DNA of 64,000 bases. Source: an uncultured Gammaproteobacteria bacterium. GTDB taxonomy: Bacteria; Pseudomonadota; Gammaproteobacteria; UBA9214. Location of the stretch: assembly GCA_963748215.1 (NCBI GenBank), contig CAVVHS010000006.1, forward strand, positions 288,001 to 352,000, written 5' to 3'. The notes beneath the pieces are model-generated. The model was given only the letters and a program-made list of their open reading frames with translations, ran no database searches and was not told the origin of the DNA. The position numbers and the translations under genes were made by a program. Of this stretch, positions 19,548 to 28,831 are shown in pieces (position 1 is the stretch's first letter; each line of letters starts with the position of its first letter).

Positions 19548-20522
19548 TTATGAGGATGTCCGGCTTCTGGTGGGCGTGACCAGATGGTTGAGATTGACCA
19601 GGGACAGTAAGAGCATTGCACCGATGCCGTTGTGAGCTGTCACCAGGAGCAGGGGCAGTTCGGCGAGTACTGCTGAAATACCCAATGCCGCCTGTAAAAC
19701 CAGAAAGCCGAGTATGCTCACAGCCGTGTTGCGCAGGCGGTCCTGTTTCCAGGCCCGGATGGCCAGCCATCCAAGGTACAGAAGAGTCAACATGGCGCCA
19801 AACCGGTGTGCCATGTGTACGGTTCTCTGTAAGCTGCCGGTAACAATCCTGCCCTGCTCATCGACGTCAAGCCTGTCGAACAGGTTGAATCCCTGCATGA
19901 GGTTGGTGAAAGACGCCCAGTCGCCGTTGCAGCCGGGCAGCACCGAGCAGGACGGTCCGGCAAAATCGGCACTGACCACGGCACCCAGGGCAATCTGTCC
20001 GGCCACGACCAGCAGGCCCAGTCGTGCCCAGGGTCTTAGGGTCGATGCTGCGTCGTCAGCGGTGTCTATGGTTTCCACCGAACGCTGGCCAATCCACCAC
20101 AGCAGAGCGAGCATCGTCATGCCGCCGAAAAGGTTGCCGAACGTGACGGCGGGTATGTCCGGTGACGGTGTGCTGTAACCCAGTACCGACAGAAACACAG
20201 TCAGGGCAAAGACTGACAGTGGCGCGACAAGGCCAACACCGGTCGGGCGACGTCCACGCAGGGCCAGGAGCGTGATAGCCAGAATAATCACGCCCAGCAG
20301 GCTGGCCGTGAACCGGTGAACCGCACCTGCCGTGGTGCGAGGTACCAGTCCATGATCCCGGGTCGCGGGCAGCTGTCCGAAACAGCCCGGCCAGTCTTCG
20401 CAACCGAGGCCAATGCTTTCAAGACGCAGGTAGGCGCTCAACAGGACAGCCGCCAGTGTCAGTACCAGTGCCACAAACACAAGCAAGGTGAAAAGGCTGC
20501 CGGATGGTGTCCTGTCATTCAT
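19548..20522 (-). CDS. COX15/CtaA-family membrane protein (divergent heme A synthase paralogue)
   Basis: GLGCEDWPGC, VHRF, second Cys pair CSVLPGC, HMAHRFGA, VTAHNG; about 8 TM segments. Confidence 0.8.
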   Translation of the reverse strand: MNDRTPSGSLFTLLVFVALVLTLAAVLLSAYLRLESIGLGCEDWPGCFGQLPATRDHGLVPRTTAGAVHRFTASLLGVIILAITLLALRGRRPTGVGLVAPLSVFALTVFLSVLGYSTPSPDIPAVTFGNLFGGMTMLALLWWIGQRSVETIDTADDAASTLRPWARLGLLVVAGQIALGAVVSADFAGPSCSVLPGCNGDWASFTNLMQGFNLFDRLDVDEQGRIVTGSLQRTVHMAHRFGAMLTLLYLGWLAIRAWKQDRLRNTAVSILGFLVLQAALGISAVLAELPLLLVTAHNGIGAMLLLSLVNLNHLVTPTRSRTSS

Positions 20523-20721
20523 GGGCCGGGCTTCGTCGCTGTGGGAGTGCCGCAATTAAAAGGGGCTGCGGGCACGAGATGCCAGTTATTACACTGGCTG
20601 GATGAAATTGTCAAAAAGCAGGCTGGTAGTTTTATTTTCCAATCGTTATAGTCTCTTATAGCGCGAAAGGCAGTGTTTTTTCACCTGTCGGTTTTCCTTC
20701 GATTGGGTAGTCAATGTGGTG

Positions 20722-22095
20722 ATGCATGAAGAATACGTTCTAGACGTACCGGCTGGCAACCGTCGTCAGCTGGGCAAAGGCTGGCTGTGGCTGGGGATAA
20801 TGGCGTTGCTGGGTTCGGGTCTGTTTTCCCTGCTGCTGGTGCTGTCACGTACACCCTACATTCAGGACAGCATTCCATGGATTGATTTTTTCCATACGGC
20901 ACTGGTTGTCCACGTGGACCTGTCGGTGCTGGTGTGGTTTCTGGCGTTTGGCGGCGTACTGTGGACCCTGAATTCCACCCCGCGTTTCCTGTTTCTCGGC
21001 TGGGCAGCGCTGCTGCTGGCCGGACTGGGCGCCGCGCTCATGATCGTGGTGCCGTTCCTCGGTCCGGGTAATCCGCTGATGAGCAATTATATCCCGGTGT
21101 TGCAGACCCCGCTCTTTAGCGTGGCATTGCTGGGGTTTGGCTTCGGAATAACCTTGCTGGTCTTGCGTGGCATGATCGCCAACCCGCTGGTTGGTTTGCG
21201 CATGGAAGGCGCGGGCGCATTACGCTTCGGTTTGAATACCGCTGCCGTGTCGGCCGTTATGGCGGTGTTCGCCTTTACCTGGTCGTATCTGGCGATACCC
21301 GACACTATCACGGGTAACTCCTATTTCGAGCTGCTGTTCTGGGGTGGCGGCCATATGCTGCAATTCACCTACACCCTGCTTATGCTGGTGGCCTGGCTCT
21401 GGCTGGCATCCGCCTCCGGCGTGCACCTGCCGCTGAGTCCCCGGGTGGTATTGGTTTTGTTTGTGTTCGGGCTGGTGGCCGTGTTTATGGCGCCGCTGAT
21501 TTACTATGCCCATCCGGTTCTCTCGGCTGAACATATCAAGCTGTTTACCTGGCTCATGGCCTATGGTGGCAGCCTGGCGCCCGTGCCACTGGGGCTGGCG
21601 GTCTTTTACGGCCTGTTGCGCAGCGCCTCCGCATCCGCATTGCAGCTTCCCTTGCGCTCGGCCCTGTGGTGCTCGATGATCCTGTTCGGAATCGGCGGTG
21701 GTATCGGTTTTATGATCCAGGACAGCAATGTCACCATCCCCGCGCACTATCATGGCTCCATCGTGGGCGTCACACTGGCCTTCATGGGTTTGACATATCA
21801 TCTCTTGCCGCGCCTGGGATACGCCAGGCCGAACATGAGGTGGGCCGCCCTGCAGCCTTACGTGTATGGCGGCGGCCAGCTGTTGCATGTTCTGGGGTTG
21901 GCGTGGTCGGGCGGCTACGGCGTGCAGCGGAAAGTGGCAGGTACGGAGCAGGGTCTTGATGGCCTGGAAAAGATTATAGCGATGGGGTTGATGGGCTTCG
22001 GCGGGCTGGTTGCCATCATCGGCGGTCTTGTTTTCCTGGTGGTGGTACTGGCTGCCATGACCAGGAGTCCACAGCCACAGCAGGGCGCGACTTGA
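20722..22095 (+). CDS. Heme-copper oxidase subunit I-like protein lacking the CuB His-His pair
   Basis: About 12 hydrophobic segments; VVHVDLS, WGGGHMLQF, IPAHYHG, GVQRK motifs; no HH in the helix VII region. Confidence 0.75.
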   Translation: MHEEYVLDVPAGNRRQLGKGWLWLGIMALLGSGLFSLLLVLSRTPYIQDSIPWIDFFHTALVVHVDLSVLVWFLAFGGVLWTLNSTPRFLFLGWAALLLAGLGAALMIVVPFLGPGNPLMSNYIPVLQTPLFSVALLGFGFGITLLVLRGMIANPLVGLRMEGAGALRFGLNTAAVSAVMAVFAFTWSYLAIPDTITGNSYFELLFWGGGHMLQFTYTLLMLVAWLWLASASGVHLPLSPRVVLVLFVFGLVAVFMAPLIYYAHPVLSAEHIKLFTWLMAYGGSLAPVPLGLAVFYGLLRSASASALQLPLRSALWCSMILFGIGGGIGFMIQDSNVTIPAHYHGSIVGVTLAFMGLTYHLLPRLGYARPNMRWAALQPYVYGGGQLLHVLGLAWSGGYGVQRKVAGTEQGLDGLEKIIAMGLMGFGGLVAIIGGLVFLVVVLAAMTRSPQPQQGAT

Positions 22096-22487
22096 TGCGT
22101 CCAGGGGTAAATGGGGCATCAAGGAATCTGCCGGGTAGCGGGCGGGCAGGGTTTGCCGCGCTCGCACTGCCGCTTGTCTTCATACTGGCCGGAGTGCCAC
22201 CGAGCGAAGCGAATCTCCCGGGCCCGCAAACATCACCAGCCCTGCGCAGCTCACCAACGGTGACTGAAGCCGGCGCGAATATCACTGGCGCTGTGGCAGG
22301 GGTGACCGCGCCTGCCGCCGGCGCTTCGGTAACGAAGTTTCCCGATCCGGTGGCGGAACAAACGCCAGTCGATGACGAACGCAAGGATTTGACGGTGTTC
22401 TTTTCCATCGGTGCGATTCTTGACGTGCTGCTGGTGGCGGCCTTCCTGATCTGGGCCGTCGGGCAGTGGCGCAAGGCGAATAAATAG
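22095..22487 (+). CDS. Small hypothetical membrane protein
   Basis: Fills the gap between the HCO-like and SCO genes; N-terminal hydrophobic stretch, Pro/Ala-rich linker, C-terminal TM + QWRK. Confidence 0.5.
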   Translation: MRPGVNGASRNLPGSGRAGFAALALPLVFILAGVPPSEANLPGPQTSPALRSSPTVTEAGANITGAVAGVTAPAAGASVTKFPDPVAEQTPVDDERKDLTVFFSIGAILDVLLVAAFLIWAVGQWRKANK

Positions 22488-22500
22488 GAGCTTGAGACCG

Positions 22501-23136
22501 ATGTCTGAAACTACACCCAGGCCTTACGGAACACTGTTGCTTTTCGTTTTCTTTTGTCTGCTGCTGGCAGCGGTTTACTACTGGATGCTGCCTGGCAAGA
22601 CGGTTCCGGATGAACTCCAGGGTGTGCTCCGTCCCGAGCCGGTGCCATTGCAGGCGTTCGAACTGGTCGATCAATACCGGCAGCCTTTTGATCTGGAACG
22701 CCTGAAAGGGAAGTGGAGTCTTGTTTTTTTCGGCTATACCTTTTGCCCTGACATCTGTCCGACGACACTCTCAACCCTGAGCGGGGTGATCAAGCGACTG
22801 CAAGCCGATCCGCAGGGACTTGCCGGCACACAGGTCGTATTCGTTACCGTGGATCCACGGCGCGACACCCCGGATGTCATTGAAAGCTATCTGAAGTACT
22901 TCAATGATACCTTCCAGGGTGTCACCGGCCCGCAGCAGGATATCGACGGCCTGGCCCGGCAGTTTGGCGCAGGTTACGTAACCGAGCCGGAAACCGTGGT
23001 TGGACAATACCTGGTCAGCCACACCAGTTCGATTTTCCTGGTCGATCCGCGCGGACGCCTGCTCGCTGCATTTTCCCCGCCGCATGACCCCGGCACCATT
23101 GCCGATCAGTTCCGGCAGATTCGCTCACTTTTCTGA
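22501..23136 (+). CDS. SCO1/SenC copper chaperone
   Basis: FFGYTFCPDICP, VTVDPRRDTP, YLVSHTSSIFLVDP. Confidence 0.93.
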   Translation: MSETTPRPYGTLLLFVFFCLLLAAVYYWMLPGKTVPDELQGVLRPEPVPLQAFELVDQYRQPFDLERLKGKWSLVFFGYTFCPDICPTTLSTLSGVIKRLQADPQGLAGTQVVFVTVDPRRDTPDVIESYLKYFNDTFQGVTGPQQDIDGLARQFGAGYVTEPETVVGQYLVSHTSSIFLVDPRGRLLAAFSPPHDPGTIADQFRQIRSLF

Positions 23137-23546
23137 TGGGCGTACTCCCCGGCAAATTCATCCTCGCGGTTTTCATGGTGCTGGCCATACTGGCTGGATG
23201 CGGCCAGGAGGTTGCATACACACCGGCTGAACTGGGTGCATTTATTGACGAGTTGAAGGCAGATGGCGTGGACGGGTCGTTGTTTATACGGGCGCCTCTC
23301 AACGAGGACATGGACTACATCGCAGAATATACAATAGCAAGGTATGCAAGTACGCGTGTCATTTCCTTCTTCAAATTCAAGGATGCTGAAAAGGCTGAGG
23401 CGGGTCTGCGGGAGGCCTTGAAGAATGACAAATTGTCCGGACAGGCTAGCAATGCGTCATTTGTCATGGCAGCGACATTTTACCCCCCGGATGACGAGGC
23501 GGTAGCGAAGATAAAAGCGCGGTTTCTTGTGCACAAATTTGACTGA
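23136..23546 (+). CDS. Hypothetical lipoprotein
   Basis: Lipobox LAGC; start and stop overlap with both neighbours (TGATG). Confidence 0.65.
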   Translation: MGVLPGKFILAVFMVLAILAGCGQEVAYTPAELGAFIDELKADGVDGSLFIRAPLNEDMDYIAEYTIARYASTRVISFFKFKDAEKAEAGLREALKNDKLSGQASNASFVMAATFYPPDDEAVAKIKARFLVHKFD

Positions 23547-24307
23547 TGAAAAAGACCCGCGTTCTGCTTGTGCTGCTGGTCCTGTGCATTGCAGTTGTCG
23601 GTCTCTTACACCTGGTGACGCCGCAGCTCGATGCGGTGCAGGAGTGGGAATCGCGTAAACCCCGTTTCCAGCAGGCGGCAGACCATGCCGAGCCCCTGGT
23701 CAGGGCCATCACCGCGTACGCGTCCGCCTTCGGCCATCCACCATCGGCACTCGTCGACCTCATACCAGACTATATTGAAAAACTGCCCGCCACGGGGCTG
23801 CAGGAATGCCGCAGCTTCGAATACCGTTCTCTCATGCACAAGCAGGGCTCGATCGTGTGGTATGACCTGGGTTCAAGGCAGGGCGAGCCGTATTCCGGGG
23901 CGAGCCGGTACAGCGTTGGTGATCCGGATCACACCATCCTGGTGTTTGTGCTGGATGCGAAGGAACAAATCGCCAGCGCCCTGATCGACCGGATGCCGAA
24001 AGGCCGCGAGCCGCTGGATTTTGATCCGGAACGCTGGAAGGCCGCCGCAAACCGCATCGAGATGGCGCTGGCGCTGGCAGATACCTACAGACTGTATGGC
24101 ATGCCCAGAGACGTGTTCGAGGGTCTGCTTGGGGCTCCCGATGGCAGTCGGTCTGTGCACGGCACTCCCTGGGAATTGCGTATCAATTGCCCGACCGGTC
24201 TGCTGAACCACGATAGCTTTGTTTACTGGCCCACCGGGGAGTATCCGGAGCATCTGTATGGGGGGGTTACCGAGTCCGTTGGCAGATGGGTCTATGTCCA
24301 CAGCTGA
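23546..24307 (+). CDS. Hypothetical exported or membrane-anchored protein
   Basis: N-terminal TM; AITAY....GHPPSALVDLIPDYI resembles pseudopilin-like helix-loop segments; coupled to the upstream gene. Confidence 0.6.
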   Translation: MKKTRVLLVLLVLCIAVVGLLHLVTPQLDAVQEWESRKPRFQQAADHAEPLVRAITAYASAFGHPPSALVDLIPDYIEKLPATGLQECRSFEYRSLMHKQGSIVWYDLGSRQGEPYSGASRYSVGDPDHTILVFVLDAKEQIASALIDRMPKGREPLDFDPERWKAAANRIEMALALADTYRLYGMPRDVFEGLLGAPDGSRSVHGTPWELRINCPTGLLNHDSFVYWPTGEYPEHLYGGVTESVGRWVYVHS

Positions 24308-24434
24308 ATTTCCATCCCTGGCGTGGAACGATTTCTGGCGGCCGATATGCTAGCATTAACGCTGCGCAAAGTTGCAGGGTGCCGTCTGAAAATGCGCTTC
24401 GGCATCCGCACAGAATCAATGTCGGAGGTCCGCC

Positions 24435-24887
24435 ATGTTCGGTTTCAAGAGTTCTTCTGCCAGGGATAGCTCGCATTGCCTGCTGAAGGAGGTGGGTATA
24501 GCCGAGATCAACAAGCAGCACCTGCGCCTGGCGAGTTATGCCGTGGAGTTCAGCATGATCGTGGACGAGTTGTCCGGCAGGGAAGTCACCAACCAGGACT
24601 GGCGTCGAATCGACGCGCTGTTCAGCAAGATCATGCGCTACGTAGCGACACATTTCACGGAGGAAGAGGCGTTAATGCGCGAATACGGCTACCCGGACTA
24701 TGCCGCGCACAAGAAACTCCATGACAAGTTCTCCGCGGAGATGATAAAACTGCAGGCGGACATCAATAACCGGAATATCAAGTTCAAGAAGAAAATGAGC
24801 AGCCTGCTCTGGGACTGGCTGTATCACCACATCAACGAAATCGATTATCAGTACCGGGATTTCTTCCTGAGCAAGGGACTCAGCTGA
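24435..24887 (+). CDS. Single-domain bacteriohemerythrin
   Basis: Di-iron ligands: QH, HFTEEE, HKKLH, WLYHHINEID; RBS GGAGG. Confidence 0.9.
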   Translation: MFGFKSSSARDSSHCLLKEVGIAEINKQHLRLASYAVEFSMIVDELSGREVTNQDWRRIDALFSKIMRYVATHFTEEEALMREYGYPDYAAHKKLHDKFSAEMIKLQADINNRNIKFKKKMSSLLWDWLYHHINEIDYQYRDFFLSKGLS

Positions 24888-24895
24888 ATTATCGC

Positions 24896-25930
24896 TTATT
24901 TCGTGCCGGCGGCCAGGTATTCACGCAAGCCGTCCAGTGATTCGACCGGCCTGGAACTGTCTCCCGATACATAAACACCGTCATGGAATGACGCCATGAG
25001 CGGCGTGTTTTCCGTATCCGCGTTCATGACTATATAAAGAGCGCCGCTGTTGCCATCGCTATCGTTGAAACGGATTTCGACACATGATGCGGCGGACGCT
25101 TTTCCGCTGACCCCGGGCCGCATGTCGCAGGTGGTCAGTGCGTCCGGCCATATCACCATGCTGCGGGATGGCAGCGTGGACTCAAGCCAGTCCACCAGGC
25201 TGACATCACGCAAGCCCTGTTCAAGTGACGACGCGGACAGTGAGCGGACGATATCCGGTACCAGTCTCTGCCCGTCAGTATTGAGTGCCACTGTATCCAC
25301 ATGCCACACGGCGCCATTATTCCTGGTTTGAACGCGCAGCCGTTCCACACCCTTGAAGGTCTTTGACCTGGCCGTGAAGCTGACCTGGCCTGGGCCGGTT
25401 ACGCTGACCTGTTCATAGCGTGGCGCGCGGTCATCCTCGAAATCAAGATCGCGGCAATCCACCGGTCCGTTGGGCGCACAGGAATCCGGCTTCTCCACCG
25501 CATCGATCATCGATGCCGGCAAACGGCCCGGGTCCCAGCTGATAAAATGTCCACAGGCATCGAAGCTGATATTGAATGCACTGGTTTTCGCAACCAGGGT
25601 GTGGTTGTCCAGCACTTCATAATCGTCCTTCACGATGGAGGCGGCTTCCCTTGCACTCGTGTTGTCCTGGCCAGCCACAGCTCCCAGCATGCGCCATCCG
25701 GCATCCTGCCGGTCGTTTGCAGAAAAATCCGCGGTATTTTCCGACTGGCACATCACCACGGCATACTCGCCCAGATAATTAAAAGGGATATTGCGGTAGT
25801 AGCGCACAACCTTCAGCCTGATTTGCGGCCCTTGATAAAATTCATACTCATCCAGCCGTTGATTGGGTTCGCCGCAGGCAAGCAGCGTGAAAAGAAATAT
25901 TAAGACAAAACAGCAGGCAAGCTTCTTCAT
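24896..25930 (-). CDS. Hypothetical lipoprotein
   Basis: MKKLACCFVLIFLFTLLAC signal peptide/lipobox from ATG 25930; overlaps the SirB2 stop codon. Confidence 0.6.
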   Translation of the reverse strand: MKKLACCFVLIFLFTLLACGEPNQRLDEYEFYQGPQIRLKVVRYYRNIPFNYLGEYAVVMCQSENTADFSANDRQDAGWRMLGAVAGQDNTSAREAASIVKDDYEVLDNHTLVAKTSAFNISFDACGHFISWDPGRLPASMIDAVEKPDSCAPNGPVDCRDLDFEDDRAPRYEQVSVTGPGQVSFTARSKTFKGVERLRVQTRNNGAVWHVDTVALNTDGQRLVPDIVRSLSASSLEQGLRDVSLVDWLESTLPSRSMVIWPDALTTCDMRPGVSGKASAASCVEIRFNDSDGNSGALYIVMNADTENTPLMASFHDGVYVSGDSSRPVESLDGLREYLAAGTK

Positions 25931-26316
25931 GAGACGAGCAGGGGATGTTTTGTCAGCGCCACGGCGACGATATACATGAAGCAGAGCTGTGCGGCAATCC
26001 AGCTGCCTACGCGAACTCTCCTTGTTTTGCCATATGTCAGGGCCAGCATGCCAAGACCGATATAGAAAACCAGGACCACGACCTTGGTCGTCAGCCAGGC
26101 GTGGACAAAGGGGTACTGCCGGATGGTGACAGACAGAACGATGGCACTTGCGAGCAGTATCGTATCGATCACCGGCGGCAGGCGCCGGGTCCACTTGCGC
26201 TGCAACAGGTCCGAGTCAATGATCATCCATATGCCGCGGATAAAGAACAGCATGAAGGTGATGATCACGCAGGAAACGTGTACATATTTTGCTGTCAGTA
26301 ACGCAGTGCCGGTCAT
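25927..26316 (-). CDS. SirB2-family membrane protein
   Basis: KYVHVSCV, LPPVIDTILLASAI, WLTTKV...YIGLGMLAL, TKHP. Confidence 0.85.
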   Translation of the reverse strand: MTGTALLTAKYVHVSCVIITFMLFFIRGIWMIIDSDLLQRKWTRRLPPVIDTILLASAIVLSVTIRQYPFVHAWLTTKVVVLVFYIGLGMLALTYGKTRRVRVGSWIAAQLCFMYIVAVALTKHPLLVS

Positions 26317-26391
26317 ATGTTCCCTGTTTTGAGCGGTGTGATACCCTTTGACTGCTGTTGAAAACGGTTCGGACTGTATCGGGTGCTGAAA

Positions 26392-26637
26392 ATGGAAATA
26401 ATCTATTACACAATCGCCGCCATATTCCTGTATCTCGTCTCAGACCGGATTCTCAACCTGATCGAGATCAGGCGCGGCGCACGTTTCGAAAACCGTTCGC
26501 TGGTGTTTTTTGTGATCATCATGGTGCTGTCGGTAGTCCTGTTCAACCTGATCCAGCATTTTCGTCCGGCCGCGGAGTCACCTGTGTCCACGCAGGACGA
26601 CCAGGCCGGACACGAAGCAGGGATGCTGCAGCAGTAA
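26392..26637 (+). CDS. Small two-TM membrane protein
   Basis: MEIIYYTIAAIFLYLVSDRIL..IE.RRG.RFENRSLVFFVII; clean two-TM pattern. Confidence 0.65.
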   Translation: MEIIYYTIAAIFLYLVSDRILNLIEIRRGARFENRSLVFFVIIMVLSVVLFNLIQHFRPAAESPVSTQDDQAGHEAGMLQQ

Positions 26638-26644
26638 CACATCT

Positions 26645-27148
26645 TTACTGATAGAAGAACTTGCCGGTTTCAGAGTCGAAATTGACGACCAGCAGCTGTG
26701 CCGGTTTCAGGGATACCGTTCGCTCGTCGGTATGTGTGTGGCCCTGCACATGCACACTGTCGTTCATTCCCACGGTCAACTTGTGTTCACCAGCCGGTAC
26801 TTTGGCGCTGACGTAGACATCGATTCCGAGGTCATTGTACAAGCCCGGTGGATGGAAAACTTTCCCGATGATTGGCTTGTCGTCCAGCAACAGGTCCACG
26901 GTGACGGGTGAACGTTCACGCGGACAGTCCACAGGAGCGCGCATATTGGGTGGCAGCCTGGCCAGTTCCTCCTGGGAAAGCGTGTGGCATTCCTCAATCC
27001 GCACTCCGGCGTGGGAAAATGCCATCGTGATGACTGCCTGGTCGGGTGTCAGATGGGTGTAAGCCGGCGCGGCCGAGAAGTACCATACCAGGAGCATGAA
27101 GACACCGTAGTTCACGGCCTGTAAGGGATAGCGCAGGAAAAAAGGCAC
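26645..27148 (-). CDS. Membrane-anchored periplasmic protein with a Cys pair, partner of the cytochrome b fusion
   Basis: GTG 27148 lies 4 bp after the upstream stop; TM anchor, FSHAG, ECHTLS...RLPPNMRAPVDCPRERSP, beta-rich C-terminus. Confidence 0.7.
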   Translation of the reverse strand: MPFFLRYPLQAVNYGVFMLLVWYFSAAPAYTHLTPDQAVITMAFSHAGVRIEECHTLSQEELARLPPNMRAPVDCPRERSPVTVDLLLDDKPIIGKVFHPPGLYNDLGIDVYVSAKVPAGEHKLTVGMNDSVHVQGHTHTDERTVSLKPAQLLVVNFDSETGKFFYQ

Positions 27149-27152
27149 TCCG

Positions 27153-28718
27153 CTACTCCCGCTGCTGCGCGGCGATGGTGTCAGCCACGTCGTTCCCCAG
27201 CGTGGCAATGTGGCGCTGAAAATCGTCAAGATGACGACGCAGTTTTGCCCCGTCGGTTGCGGCGGCACGAAATATGGTGATGCGCTCACGTCTGGCGCGT
27301 GTTCGCAGCACCGGCTTGCGTCTGCCCTCGAAACGCTGCTCCATCCAGGTATTTCCCAGACGGAAGAAGCAGTCACCGCTGCGGCATCCTGTAATGAAGA
27401 CCCCGTCCGCACCCTTTGCCTGTGCGTATTCAACGAGAGTGGGCGGGATCATTCCGGTGCAGAACAGGCTCAGCACGGCGACATTGTCTGACTGCAGTCC
27501 TGTGACGTCGATGGCATTGTCACAACCGAATACCATAATCCGGGTATCGCCCTTGAGTTCTGCCAGCGCCGATTCAGTCTGCGTCCGGATTTCGTCGATC
27601 GCGAACTGGGGCATATCGATGCCGGTTTCCAGTGTGCTTGCTGCTTGCCGGAAAGGATTGGATGAGTGACAGGAGCCGACACAGATGCCGCAGGCGCCGC
27701 ACTGGGCAGGGTTGACAACGACCTCGTTTTTCCAGCGGGCCCCGTCACTGCGCGCACGTACCGTGATGGCGTCGAACGGACAGTCTTCGGCGCATTGGCC
27801 ACAGCCATTGCACTGATCGAGATGCACCACCGCCACAGGCCCGGTTTTTCTGGGCGGCAGCCAGGGCATGATCATCAGCAGCAGGGTGACGCTGGTCGTC
27901 AGTAGCCAGACCTGATCTGCCGGCCACCTGTCGAGCAGGGGGTAGACATTGAGATAGAACCAGTCGAGTTTCAGTACCGCTGGCACCCTGGAGAGGTCCG
28001 CAGGTGCATGGCTGGTCGCCGGTACCAGCAGCGACAGTACGAGCAGCGCCAGTAAACTGCCCACCGCCAGACCCCGGGGGGCACTGATCTCGACATGGGA
28101 GAGCCGCTTGACATGAAGCCAGATGACAACGGCCAGTAATATCGGCTGTCCCAGCAGGTGCAGGAAGCCCATCAGGGTGAACAAGCGGTCTGTGAGCTGT
28201 CCCGTGAGGAAATCACGCGCCATGGAACCCGTCACCACCGGCAGTGAATCCATTAGCTGGGAGGAGAGGGTCGCAACATACAGCCCCAGTTCATCCCATA
28301 CGAGCCAGTAACCGGTAATACCCAGGGTGATAACGAACCACAGGGCTGGCACCCCGGTGACCCAGGACCACCAGCGGAAGCCATGATAGCGGCCGAGGGC
28401 GAACTCGCGGAACATATGCAGCAGAATGGTGACCACGGCGGCATCCGAGGCATAGCGATGCAGGCTGCGCATAATGCCGCCCGCATACCATTGCTTGTGG
28501 GTTATGGCCTCCACCGAGGTATAGGCACCGACAATGCTGGTGTCGAAAAAGATGAACAGGTAAAGGCCGCTGATGAGTACGACCCAGAAGAAGAAGAACG
28601 TGAGTGTGCCCAGGTGATAGAGGGGGTTCCAGACCGGCCCGAAAGATATGTTGAACCAGTCCTCGAGCAGGAGATAACTGCGCTTGATGGGATTAACGCG
28701 TGCGTTCACGGATGACAT
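27153..28718 (-). CDS. Cytochrome b/b6-like domain fused to a 2x[4Fe-4S] ferredoxin and an MvhD/FlpD-type [2Fe-2S] domain
   Basis: Heme His in RSLHRY, LLHMFR, FLHLL, WLHVK; ITGYWLVWD; LDWFY (PEWY-like); CNGCGQCAEDCP and CGACGICVGSCH; VFGC, LFCTG, GADGVFITGCRSGDC. Confidence 0.85.
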   Translation of the reverse strand: MSSVNARVNPIKRSYLLLEDWFNISFGPVWNPLYHLGTLTFFFFWVVLISGLYLFIFFDTSIVGAYTSVEAITHKQWYAGGIMRSLHRYASDAAVVTILLHMFREFALGRYHGFRWWSWVTGVPALWFVITLGITGYWLVWDELGLYVATLSSQLMDSLPVVTGSMARDFLTGQLTDRLFTLMGFLHLLGQPILLAVVIWLHVKRLSHVEISAPRGLAVGSLLALLVLSLLVPATSHAPADLSRVPAVLKLDWFYLNVYPLLDRWPADQVWLLTTSVTLLLMIMPWLPPRKTGPVAVVHLDQCNGCGQCAEDCPFDAITVRARSDGARWKNEVVVNPAQCGACGICVGSCHSSNPFRQAASTLETGIDMPQFAIDEIRTQTESALAELKGDTRIMVFGCDNAIDVTGLQSDNVAVLSLFCTGMIPPTLVEYAQAKGADGVFITGCRSGDCFFRLGNTWMEQRFEGRRKPVLRTRARRERITIFRAAATDGAKLRRHLDDFQRHIATLGNDVADTIAAQQRE

Positions 28719-28817
28719 CTCCCGGGTTTCACCGGTGTGTGCGAATCAGTCTGCCCACGCACCAGGCATGCCGGTGGCTGTGCCGAAAAAGCATACTCAT
28801 CGCCGGATACATCATCC

Positions 28818-28831
28818 TTGATATTTCTCAA
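28818..28831. promoter_or_regulatory. FNR/DNR box upstream of the cytochrome b-FeS fusion
   Basis: TTGATATTTCTCAA, one mismatch to TTGAT-N4-ATCAA, 100 bp upstream of ATG 28718. Confidence 0.65.

Noticed and set aside
27153-28718. bc1 complex petB or a hydrogenase subunit
   Set aside because: No Rieske, cytochrome c1 or hydrogenase genes are adjacent; PEWY is altered and FeS domains are fused.
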